Source: an uncultured Pseudobdellovibrionaceae bacterium
Lineage (GTDB): Bacteria; Bdellovibrionota; Bdellovibrionia; Bdellovibrionales; UBA1609
NCBI GenBank assembly: GCA_964636785.1
Contig: CAZWVK010000001.1
Span: 4,789 to 68,788, forward strand
DNA length: 64,000 nt
Direction of reading: 5' to 3'
The notes under the pieces are model-generated. The model made no database searches. It saw nothing but the letters and a program-made list of their open reading frames with translations, and had not been told where the DNA came from. This document shows positions 46,268 to 54,664 of the stretch, one piece after another. Each line of letters starts with the position of its first letter. Position 1 is the stretch's first letter. A program made the translations under genes and the position numbers.

Positions 46268-46341
46268 AAGGTACCTGTGCGGGCGGCGAGCCTTCTTTTT
46301 CTGATATGCACCGCATATCAGAAAAAGAAGCAGGTACTTTT
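46266..46341 (+). terminator. composite hairpin / probable terminator after the rhomboid gene
   Basis: Inner perfect 18-bp stem cttctttttctgatatgc-acc-gcatatcagaaaaagaag (46292-46330). Outer gtacctg/caggtac pairing followed by TTTT. Confidence 0.55.
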
Positions 46342-46465
46342 CGGTACCTTTCGAGGCAGCACATGTCCGTCGATCGGCAGCTTCTATCTTCATCTCGAAC
46401 TCAGGTTCGTTCAGAGTTGGCGCGGGTTTGCATATTCAAATGAACAAATTCTGAGTTTAAGTGAA

Positions 46466-46483
46466 CATTTGGGCTCCCAAATG
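46466..46483. promoter_or_regulatory. 18-bp perfect palindrome, candidate operator upstream of the XRE gene pair
   Basis: CATTTGGG-CT-CCCAAATG, 38 nt upstream of ATG 46521. A TATACT -10-like hexamer lies at 46515-46520. Confidence 0.35.
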
Positions 46484-46520
46484 AACCGTGCTGGGCGGAT
46501 AAATCAAAGAAATTTATACT

Positions 46521-46814
46521 ATGAAAATGAATAAAGTCTGCTTAAAAGAGAATCTGAATCTTCTGATTGGAAAGCATGGAAGATCCTTATCAAGGGTTGC
46601 TCAAAGTGTCGGTATGAATAAGAGCACTTTACATGGTTACTTAAACGGAATCTTGCCAAAGTCCCTAGAAACAATCATCAAGCTTGCAGAGGTGCTTGAG
46701 GTGGAGCCGGAGAACCTATTGTTTTCTGATATATCTCGTTCTACTAAAAAAGAGTGTAAGGCTCACTATCAGCGCTTTGAAATAACAGTTCGCTCGTTGG
46801 ATGAAGGTGAGTGA
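46521..46814 (+). CDS. XRE-family helix-turn-helix protein
   Basis: HTH_3-like region SLSRVAQSVGMNKSTLHGYLNG. 97 aa (or 95 aa from ATG 46527). Confidence 0.7.
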   Translation: MKMNKVCLKENLNLLIGKHGRSLSRVAQSVGMNKSTLHGYLNGILPKSLETIIKLAEVLEVEPENLLFSDISRSTKKECKAHYQRFEITVRSLDEGE

Positions 46815-46815
46815 A

Positions 46816-47076
46816 ATGAGTCAGTTTAAGTCTATAGGACGATACTTTCTTAAAGCGAGAAAAAGTGCTGGGTTTACCCAGGAAGAAGTGGCCGAGAAAA
46901 TGGGGTATTCAAGCGGTCAGTTTGTTTCAAACTGGGAGCGGGGGATGTGTCGTATTCCTATGGAGCATCTGCCTAGGTTAATTGGTTTATATAAGCTTAA
47001 GCCAAATAAAGTGATCGAAGTCATTCTTGAATTCGAGCGAAGACGACTTCAGTCCTACTTGAAGTCACGTCGCTAG
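46816..47076 (+). CDS. XRE-family helix-turn-helix protein
   Basis: FTQEEVAEKMGYSSGQFVSNWERG. ATG 46816 lies 1 nt after the upstream stop. Confidence 0.7.
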   Translation: MSQFKSIGRYFLKARKSAGFTQEEVAEKMGYSSGQFVSNWERGMCRIPMEHLPRLIGLYKLKPNKVIEVILEFERRRLQSYLKSRR

Positions 47077-48062
47077 TTCTCCAGAGGATGGCTGGCGGAA
47101 AGGGTGCGCTCGCTGTCCACTTTTAGAGGACTCCAGTCCTCACCCAAAATCTTAAGTTGGCCTTCTGAATCTTTTTTGACGTAGAGATGTTTTTGTCCCA
47201 CATCTTTGTTTTGGTCTGATTGATAGTTTTGTAGAAAGCGAAAGACATACTTTTCACCATGTTTGAAAACATCAATATGATCCAAATCCACACGAATGAA
47301 TGAATACTTCTCGTTTAAGCTCTCTTTAAAAGTCTTCCATTTGTTCAAGTTCATTCCCATGGACTTAAACTGACCATCATAAAAGGAAATATAATTCTCG
47401 ATGTTTTTATTTTCCCAAGCTTCTTTCCAGCCTTGAAGCCACTTCAGATACTCAGTGCTTTTTTGAGTCCATTCCTTGGGAGTCATGTAATCGACTTTGT
47501 TTTGTACAATGATCGGGGTGTTACGAAGAGAGATAAAATCCTTTAACTTTTCGATCACTTCATTTCTTACGACGACGCATCCCCTTGATCCGCGATTGAG
47601 ACTCTGTGTATCCGGAATCGCATGAAGCCAAATGCCGCTTCCGGTTTTCTTTTCTATGCGATCAAAGAAATTCGGATAATCCATGGTGAATGCACGTTTT
47701 CCATATAAAGAAAAATCAAGATAGGGTTGCTCATAAGTTTCCAGGAAAAAATAGATCCCTTCCGGTGTCTTATGATCACCCCGGTAAAGCTTATTCCCTT
47801 TGTTCCTGCCCATATCTGTTGGATATGAGGCGACAAGACTTGGTGGCTGGGAATTTTTCCAGAGGGTCAGTGTACGGTGGTCCTTGTCAACTAAAAATGC
47901 AAATTTCGTTTCTTTGGACAAATGAACCAATGCGGACGGAATTTTTCCTGCGGGTGGGGGCTGAACTTCTGGATCTGCATTTGAAGTTTTGCTGCTCAGA
48001 ATGAGACACAGTGTCAGTGAGACTGAAAGAAATTTGAGTTGAGATATTGAAAAATGGCTCAA
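47073..48062 (-). CDS. L,D-transpeptidase (YkuD) family protein with a C-terminal extra domain
   Basis: Signal peptide. YkuD motif GIWLHAIPD...SRGCVVVRN (His/Cys). Confidence 0.85.
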   Translation of the reverse strand: MSHFSISQLKFLSVSLTLCLILSSKTSNADPEVQPPPAGKIPSALVHLSKETKFAFLVDKDHRTLTLWKNSQPPSLVASYPTDMGRNKGNKLYRGDHKTPEGIYFFLETYEQPYLDFSLYGKRAFTMDYPNFFDRIEKKTGSGIWLHAIPDTQSLNRGSRGCVVVRNEVIEKLKDFISLRNTPIIVQNKVDYMTPKEWTQKSTEYLKWLQGWKEAWENKNIENYISFYDGQFKSMGMNLNKWKTFKESLNEKYSFIRVDLDHIDVFKHGEKYVFRFLQNYQSDQNKDVGQKHLYVKKDSEGQLKILGEDWSPLKVDSERTLSASHPLEN

Positions 48063-48227
48063 TGGAAATTCCCCCAGGAAATCCTATCGTCATTGGTTGG
48101 CTTGAACTCAATTCTAATACGAACTATTCGATTTTTGGAATTATGTCGAAGTATTAACCACTCTCATGCACGACTTTAGCCCCAGATTCGATTGCCGATA
48201 AGTGAATGGTCGAGGAAAGGACGAAAT

Positions 48228-48731
48228 ATGGCTGAAGACCAAGCGCAAGAAGGTGGGAAGAAAAGAGACTTAGGAAAGATCCTTGGATTTGCGTTCATAG
48301 GACTCAATCTCGTTGGTCTAGGCTTTGGCTCATTTCTCGTTTATAGCGCGACTTTGGGTCATGAAACTCCATCTCTCAAAGACGAACAAGCGATGATTGA
48401 AGTTGCTGAATTTGAAAAATCGCTACGCGGTGATCCGGTCCTTTTCACACTAAAGGAATTTAATACGAATCTGGATGGTGTTCCTCGCCGCCTGATTCGC
48501 ATGGCCGTAAGCCTTGAAATGCTGGATGAAGAAGGATTCGAAGAAGTCGTGGGGCTTGGACCTCAGACACGAGACGCTATTGTGCGTGTTATCAACTCGA
48601 AAACTTATTCGGATCTAGAGACCGTACAGGGAAAGCTTCAGCTCAAAACCCAAATTGCAGCTGAGCTCAATGATTTTCTTAAGGTTGGCGTGGTAAAGGA
48701 CGTCTATTTCTCTGACTTTGTGGTTCAATAA
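48228..48731 (+). CDS. fliL: flagellar basal-body-associated protein FliL
   Basis: N-terminal TM (ILGFAFIGLNLVGLGFGSFLVY). FliL core FNTNL...RLIRMAVSLE...RDAIV..I. ATG 48228 preferred to TTG 48192. Confidence 0.8.
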   Translation: MAEDQAQEGGKKRDLGKILGFAFIGLNLVGLGFGSFLVYSATLGHETPSLKDEQAMIEVAEFEKSLRGDPVLFTLKEFNTNLDGVPRRLIRMAVSLEMLDEEGFEEVVGLGPQTRDAIVRVINSKTYSDLETVQGKLQLKTQIAAELNDFLKVGVVKDVYFSDFVVQ

Positions 48732-48790
48732 AGCGCATTGACCGACCGGTGAGTTATTCGCAACAATAGTTGTTTCTTCTCGGGGGGTCC

Positions 48791-50128
48791 ATGCGACAAT
48801 TTCTCAATGTATTATCCGTTGTTCTCATTTCATTTCTAACTTCCTCTTTATCTACGGCTGCACCAGACGCACAGAATGTTCGGGTTCAGCTGGATGTGGA
48901 GAAGTGGGTTCTTCCAAATGGGCTCACCGTTTTACTTCATCAGGATCCCTCTGTTCCCTTAGTGAGTTATCAGCAATGGTATCGAGTGGGCTCCAAGGAT
49001 GAGCAGGTTGGTCTTACAGGCCTTGCTCATTTCTTCGAACACTTGATGTTCAAAGGATCAGAGAATTTTTCCAAAGAAACATTCAATCGGGATTTGAACT
49101 CCAAGGGGGCAAATTTCAATGCATTCACGTCGGGAGATTACACGGGGTATTACATCAATGCCCCAGCCGATGCCTTAGAGTATTTGATTAAAGTGGAAGC
49201 GGATCGCATGCGCAGGCTGGTGTTTGATGAAAAAGAGATTCAAACTGAGCGTGAAGTTGTTAAAGAAGAGCGTCGCGTGCGCTATGAAAATTCGCCCGAA
49301 GGTTTTCTGTGGATTGCTCTTCCAAAACTCATGTATCAGAACCTTCCTTATCGCTGGCCGACCATCGGTTCGATGGAAGATCTTAACCGTGCGAAGCTTT
49401 CCGACTTCAAGGATTTTTACACTCGATTTTATGCTCCTAACAATGCGGTGATTGTTGTCGCAGGGCTCTTTGATAAATCTCAGGTTCGCAAATGGATTGA
49501 AAAAGAATACGGTGATTTTAAATCTCAAGAGATTGTGCGACCTGAATTTAAACCTGAGCCGGTGCAAACCAAACCTCGCAGTGAAACGATCTCCTGGAAG
49601 GTCGATAGCCCAAGAATGACCATTGCTTATCCAACCGTGGATATCAAAAATAAGGATGCCTATGCTCTTGAGATTCTTGGAGCTATTCTTGGTGATGGCG
49701 CCTCTAGTCGTCTCCACCATAAGCTCGTTTATGAAGATCAATTGGTGACCTCGGTTTCTGCATTTCATTATCCACAAACACTGGCTGGAAGAATGATCTT
49801 TTCAGCGAGTCTCAAAAAAGGGACCAGCGCAAATACGATTCGAAAAATCATTGAGAACGAGATTCTTAATCTTCTCAATCGTGGCTTGAAAAAGGACGAA
49901 CTTGAGAAAGCAAAGAATCAAATTCTCACTTCCCAAGTCGATATGCTTAAAAAAGTCAGTGGGAGAGCGCGAGCTTTAGCATTTAATGAAATTGTTTTTG
50001 AGGATTATTCGCGGCTATTTTCCGATCTGGAGCGCTATATGGAAGTCAGTGAAGACGATATTCTAAGAGTAGCTAAAACATATCTTAAGCCTAAGTTCCA
50101 AAACATCGTGATTGTTCAGCCGGAATAG
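48791..50128 (+). CDS. M16 (pitrilysin) family zinc peptidase, active subunit
   Basis: Signal peptide. Inverted zinc motif HFFEHLMFKG (HxxEH). Confidence 0.88.
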   Translation: MRQFLNVLSVVLISFLTSSLSTAAPDAQNVRVQLDVEKWVLPNGLTVLLHQDPSVPLVSYQQWYRVGSKDEQVGLTGLAHFFEHLMFKGSENFSKETFNRDLNSKGANFNAFTSGDYTGYYINAPADALEYLIKVEADRMRRLVFDEKEIQTEREVVKEERRVRYENSPEGFLWIALPKLMYQNLPYRWPTIGSMEDLNRAKLSDFKDFYTRFYAPNNAVIVVAGLFDKSQVRKWIEKEYGDFKSQEIVRPEFKPEPVQTKPRSETISWKVDSPRMTIAYPTVDIKNKDAYALEILGAILGDGASSRLHHKLVYEDQLVTSVSAFHYPQTLAGRMIFSASLKKGTSANTIRKIIENEILNLLNRGLKKDELEKAKNQILTSQVDMLKKVSGRARALAFNEIVFEDYSRLFSDLERYMEVSEDDILRVAKTYLKPKFQNIVIVQPE

Positions 50129-50138
50129 GAGTAGAGCA

Positions 50139-51530
50139 GTGAAAAAGACTTCATTTAAATCTATTTTAGTTTTTGGTTTTTTAATTTTTTCAATTCTGGG
50201 GTGTCAAAGCCTTACAAAGCGAACCGAAGAGTTTAAGCTCATCGCTCATAAGGAAGAGGTACTACCCAACGGAATGAGGATCCTTTGGATCGAGGACGGC
50301 AAGATTCCTTATTTCAGTATGAGAATGGTTATTCCCGTTGGATCTTCTCGAGATCCAAAAGGCAAGGAAGGCCTAGCGAATATGGTGGCCTCACTGCTTG
50401 ATAAAGGGACTTCAAAGCGAAATGCCGTGCAAATTGCGAATGATTTAGAGCGCCTTGGTCTTACATTCGCAGCAAGCTCGGATGCGGATTCCACTTTTAT
50501 CGGGATTTCTGGACTTTCGATTCATGCGAACATTGCGAGCGATGAATTTTTTAAATTGCTAACGGATTCGAAGTTTTTTGAAAGTGAAATTAAAAGAGAC
50601 GCTGAACTCACTTCCGCGCAAATTAGAAAGATGTTTGATAATCCAAAATCAGTTGCATCTATCGCAACGGAAAAAGTGCTTTTTGGAAATCACCCTTATG
50701 CATCAATGGTATCGGGTGATTTAGATTCATTGAAGGCCATTCGCAGAACACATGTTTTAGAGTTCTATAAAAATCATTACCAGCCAAACGGAGCTGTGCT
50801 TGCAGTGGTTGGTAAATTTGGGGACGCCGAACAGAGCAATATTCGTAAACTCTTCTCAAGTTGGAATGTAAAAGGGGTAGACCTTAAACCGATTGCCCAG
50901 CCTCAAGCTGCAAAGCCACAGATTGTTTTTGTTGAAAAGCCAGGTCTCAAGCAAGCTGAAATTCGCATGGCACATCTTGGAATTCCACGCAATCATCCGG
51001 ATTACTTAAAGCTTCGCGTGGCCAATACGATTTTGGGAGAGTCCTTTATTGGTCGACTGTTTTCAGAAATAAGAGAAAAGCGGGGGTTAACTTATTCCAT
51101 ATATTCTTACTTCGATACTCGTGAAGTGTCTGGGCCGTTTGTCATTTCAACCTTTACAAGGCTGGATAAGATTCCGGAAATGATTGAAGAAACTCAGAAA
51201 GTTTATTCTGGTTTTGCGCAAGGTGTTTCCGAAGCAGATATCAAAGATGCCGTCTCCTATCTGAAAGGAAGTTTTCCGCAGGTGATTGAAACCGGTGAAG
51301 ATTTGGCGCGCCAGCTTTTAATTCTTTATCGTTATGGTGTGGATCCATCTTATCTTGCGGATTTTATGAAGAACATTTCGCAGATTGACGCTACGGAAGT
51401 GAATGAGGTTCTTAAGGCTCATTTTAAACCTGAAAATTTAACGATTGTGGTCCACGGGCCCCCGGGATCTCAAGTGGGCTTAGAAAAATTTGGAGCTGTA
51501 AAGAAGCTCAAACTGAACGATCTTTACTAG
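50139..51530 (+). CDS. M16 family peptidase, non-catalytic subunit
   Basis: Lipobox ILGC. M16 fold but HxxEH is replaced (LANMVASLLDKG). GTG 50139 with AGGAG upstream. Confidence 0.8.
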   Translation: MKKTSFKSILVFGFLIFSILGCQSLTKRTEEFKLIAHKEEVLPNGMRILWIEDGKIPYFSMRMVIPVGSSRDPKGKEGLANMVASLLDKGTSKRNAVQIANDLERLGLTFAASSDADSTFIGISGLSIHANIASDEFFKLLTDSKFFESEIKRDAELTSAQIRKMFDNPKSVASIATEKVLFGNHPYASMVSGDLDSLKAIRRTHVLEFYKNHYQPNGAVLAVVGKFGDAEQSNIRKLFSSWNVKGVDLKPIAQPQAAKPQIVFVEKPGLKQAEIRMAHLGIPRNHPDYLKLRVANTILGESFIGRLFSEIREKRGLTYSIYSYFDTREVSGPFVISTFTRLDKIPEMIEETQKVYSGFAQGVSEADIKDAVSYLKGSFPQVIETGEDLARQLLILYRYGVDPSYLADFMKNISQIDATEVNEVLKAHFKPENLTIVVHGPPGSQVGLEKFGAVKKLKLNDLY

Positions 51531-51534
51531 AGCT

Positions 51535-52239
51535 TTATTTCTTTAAGAAGAGATAAAGCGCGGCTATCAATGCCAATCCGGCAAGAAGAAGTCCAGCTAG
51601 ATAGATAGTCGGGATCTTCTGAGCCGGAAGCTGTTCAGAATCCAACTCTCCCATCAGGTTTTGACTTGGACTTTGAGTAGCCATTGGAGCAATCCCGCCA
51701 CCTGATGAGTTTGAATTCGCCGCCTGAAGCTTCACCTGATGCACCCGAAGACTTTTCATGACCGATTCAAATACAGAATTGAATTGATCCCACTTGTCCT
51801 TTTCGGCACTCATCGTCACCATGATCGCAAGTGGAGCCTTCACCGTGGCCAGATAAAGTGTATAGAAGTTATTAACCTCACTGTTTAAGTGCATACTTTG
51901 AACCCACTCCTGGCCCTGAAGAGTGCGGCGATTGGTCTTCAAGACTTGAGACATCACTGGTGTGTTTGAGCCCATTTGATGCGACCTTGGCTTGTTAAGA
52001 TGAGCTTCAAAATTCGCCAGCTGATCCATGGTGCCAGCCTCTTTGGATGTGATCGTAATGATCGCAAACTTTTTTTCTGAAGCTTTCGACGGCTCGCAAA
52101 TCCAATTGGGTGGCACTTGTGAGCAATTCCAGGAATCGCTGATTTCAAAACTGACATAGTCGGTCTTAAAGGGCTTCGCAAACCCTTGTTCTAAGGTGCT
52201 GCTGATCAATATGAGGAGAGTCAGTTTGAGTAAATTCAT
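51535..52239 (-). CDS. hypothetical secreted protein with a C-terminal TM anchor (paralogue 1)
   Basis: Signal peptide. FKTDYVSFEISDSWNCSQVPPNWICEP. C-terminal TM IYLAGLLLAGLALIAALYLFL. Confidence 0.6.
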   Translation of the reverse strand: MNLLKLTLLILISSTLEQGFAKPFKTDYVSFEISDSWNCSQVPPNWICEPSKASEKKFAIITITSKEAGTMDQLANFEAHLNKPRSHQMGSNTPVMSQVLKTNRRTLQGQEWVQSMHLNSEVNNFYTLYLATVKAPLAIMVTMSAEKDKWDQFNSVFESVMKSLRVHQVKLQAANSNSSGGGIAPMATQSPSQNLMGELDSEQLPAQKIPTIYLAGLLLAGLALIAALYLFLKK

Positions 52240-52240
52240 T

Positions 52241-52999
52241 TTATTTCTTTGATTTCTTTTTTACTGGGCTGTTTTTCTTTCGCATCTTTATAAAGATAAA
52301 ACCTCCAACAGCTCCAGCAAGAAGAGCTAAGAGAAGAAGATTCATCACGGTCGAATTTCCGCCTGAATTCTCCTCGGGAAGACCAGAGGCATCGCCAAGA
52401 AGTGGAATGTGGTTTCCAATAGGAGCCCCAATGGTCTCATTGCTTCCACGCACGCTTCCGATTCCATCTTTTCTAGATAGCAGATCTTTAGAGGCGACCA
52501 CGCGAAGAGAGTCGATCGCTTTAAGAAAATCCTGGCTGTATTTGGTGTAATGCTCTTTGTGCGCACTAAAGGTCACAAGGATTGCAATCCTCTCTTTTAC
52601 GGTTGCCAGGTAGCGCGTAAAGTAAGGTCCTACTTCGCTTCCAAGGTGCATGCCGTCCACCCAAAGGTGATTGGCGATCAATCGCTGTTTAACATGTAGG
52701 ACTTGAGATTTCTGCGGGGTCCCATCTTTAGCCGGAACCATTCGCGGCGTCTGCAGGTGAGCTTGATAAGAGGCGAGGGTGTCTGCCGGCCCCACTTCCT
52801 TTGCCGTTAGAATGATGATCGCCTCTCGTATTTTCTTTGTGTATGTGCTCTCGCACACCCATTCCGCACCTTCCAATTTGCAATCCCAGTTTGTTGGGAG
52901 TTCAAAGCTAATATAGGCGTTTCGAAAACGTTTCGCGCTGGCGTCCCACGAAAGAATAAACAATGGCACTAAGAGAATCCGTAAGAATAATCGGTTCAA
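52241..52999 (-). CDS. hypothetical secreted protein with a C-terminal TM anchor (paralogue 2)
   Basis: FRNAYISFELPTNWDCKLEGAEWVCES parallels paralogue 1. TTG 52999 with AAGGAG 9 nt upstream is preferred; the ORF-track start at 53143 adds 48 aa unlike a signal peptide. Confidence 0.6.
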   Translation of the reverse strand: MNRLFLRILLVPLFILSWDASAKRFRNAYISFELPTNWDCKLEGAEWVCESTYTKKIREAIIILTAKEVGPADTLASYQAHLQTPRMVPAKDGTPQKSQVLHVKQRLIANHLWVDGMHLGSEVGPYFTRYLATVKERIAILVTFSAHKEHYTKYSQDFLKAIDSLRVVASKDLLSRKDGIGSVRGSNETIGAPIGNHIPLLGDASGLPEENSGGNSTVMNLLLLALLAGAVGGFIFIKMRKKNSPVKKKSKK

Positions 53000-53420
53000 C
53001 TTCAGTCTCTCCTTGAAAGGGTTCACGCTGCTAATATGACAATAAGTATAAAAGAGCGCCTTGCTAAGAGGAAAGAATATCCCGACATTCTCATCTTGAA
53101 ACACTGGTCTTTGGTCGGTGATTGGCGGGCAAAAAGAAAGCATCCTCTCGGATGCCTTCTCCCTCCCTTGATTTTTGAAACAACAACGTTTAGATCGTTT
53201 GAGCCCAAAATCCCCCGAAGTTGAGCTGTGCCCAAGAGTTAATCGCGAAATTTATCATCGTCCATGAAGAATGTTTTTAGAGCTGGGATAAATGAGATTT
53301 ATGGATAAAAAGGCCTGTGATTTCAAGTGCTTAGCATTAAACATCAAAGAGTGTTTGAAATTGCATAAGAATTTTTTATAATAACACAGAGCAAGTTAAC
53401 AGAACCCGTGGAGGTTTTTT

Positions 53421-54326
53421 TTGAATCACCAGCAATTAGCGACGTTTGTAACCGTGATCTCGGAAGGCAGCATGACTGCCGCAGCAGAGAAGCTCTCGCT
53501 GACTCAACCAGCTGTGAGCCAGCAAATCCGTAATCTCGAGGAAGAGCAGGGGGTTAACTTATTGGTGCGAGGAACCCGTCAGGTGAAGCCGACTCTTCAG
53601 GGGCAGATTCTTTATGATTACGCGAAACGAATTTTACATCTCACTCAGCAAGCTCAAGTTGCGATTCAAACAACGTCACAAGATCTTGTCGGAGATTTAA
53701 GAATCAGCACCTACAACTCAATTGGTCTGTTTTTGGTTTCTCCTATCATGGGAATGTTTCTCAAACACAATTCTAAGCTTCGTTTGAATCTCAACTATGG
53801 CAAAGGCGAGAGAATCATCAATGATATGAGAAGTGGACTTGTGGATGTCGTCATTCTTCCGGATATGAAATCTGAATTTGGAATTGAATTTCCGGATTAT
53901 GAAAAGCATTTCCTGTTCAACGATGAAATGTGGCTGGTCGGCTCCGGAAAAGACACGACACTTCCGGATGTGATTTCGATGAAAGAATTCACAACGAAAC
54001 CTGTTGTTTCATTCACCGATAAGTACCCAGGCTTTCGCAAAATGATGGATGCAAAAATTCAGGAAAATCGATTGAAATTGGAGCCTGTTTTCGCCACAGA
54101 CAATGTGGGGACTGTGAAAAGAGTCGTTGAATCAGGACTTGGTTGGGGATTTTTACCTTCTCACAGTATCAGAAAGCAGGTTCGCGCTGGGCGAATGATG
54201 AGAGTGCAAGTTGAGGATTTAAAATACTCGGTGAATATAAATATGTATTGTTTGAAGAAGGAAGAAAATCGCATAATGTACGACACCTTTCTTCGCGCTC
54301 TTCAGCAGCAAGCGACGTCCGCTTAG
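53421..54326 (+). CDS. LysR-family transcriptional regulator
   Basis: N-terminal wHTH (QQLATFVTVISEGSMTAAAEKLSLTQPAVSQQIRNLE) and a LysR substrate-binding domain. TTG start after GGAGG. Confidence 0.9.
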   Translation: MNHQQLATFVTVISEGSMTAAAEKLSLTQPAVSQQIRNLEEEQGVNLLVRGTRQVKPTLQGQILYDYAKRILHLTQQAQVAIQTTSQDLVGDLRISTYNSIGLFLVSPIMGMFLKHNSKLRLNLNYGKGERIINDMRSGLVDVVILPDMKSEFGIEFPDYEKHFLFNDEMWLVGSGKDTTLPDVISMKEFTTKPVVSFTDKYPGFRKMMDAKIQENRLKLEPVFATDNVGTVKRVVESGLGWGFLPSHSIRKQVRAGRMMRVQVEDLKYSVNINMYCLKKEENRIMYDTFLRALQQQATSA

Positions 54327-54388
54327 CGGGACTTATCGCACGTTTGCATTAGTTTAAGTTTTCGCTCGCCAAAAGTTTTGTTTATGAA

Positions 54389-54418
54389 AGAGGATTTTTT
54401 TTGAAATCCTCTTTTTTT
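54389..54418 (+). terminator. Rho-independent terminator of the LysR gene
   Basis: agaggattt-ttttTg-aaatcctct followed by a T7 run. Confidence 0.8.
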
Positions 54419-54517
54419 AATCTGAATTAAAGTTTCTTCATCTGAGCAAGTGAGCTCAAAACCAGTTCACTTAGAAAAATAAATTTTAAAATTTGGTGTT
54501 GGACTCGCGTGCAGAAG

Positions 54518-54533
54518 TGGCGATAGCCGTGCA
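54518..54533 (+). promoter_or_regulatory. weak candidate sigma-54 promoter upstream of the S8 protease
   Basis: TGGCGA-tagcc-GTGCA. GG/GC spacing is correct, with three mismatches to TGGCAC-N5-TTGCA. Lies about 130 nt upstream of ATG 54665. Confidence 0.3.
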
Positions 54534-54664
54534 TAATGCAACGTCATTCTTCCTTCATAAGAAATTTAAGCCTCACCTAGACTTGTGTCTTTTTTGTTAA
54601 GTTTTTTTCAAAGTTTTGTAACGCTTTATCCATCTCTCAAAAAGTGAAACCAAAAGGAGTAGAG

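Noticed and set aside
46418-46433. TTGGCGC-gggt-TTGCA sigma-54-like motif upstream of the XRE genes
   Set aside because: GG-to-GC spacing is 9 nt instead of the required 10, and sigma-54 promoters do not tolerate this.
46258-46534. 61-aa and 85-aa ORFs downstream of the rhomboid gene
   Set aside because: They span the composite terminator hairpin and have no RBS.
49175-49777. 200-aa antisense ORF opposite the M16 peptidase gene
   Set aside because: The sense gene carries HxxEH and a signal peptide. The antisense product has no recognisable features.
53000-53143. 48-aa N-terminal extension of paralogue 2 in the ORF track
   Set aside because: The extension is not signal-peptide-like. A TTG with AAGGAG at optimal spacing starts exactly at the signal peptide, and the paralogue has no such extension.
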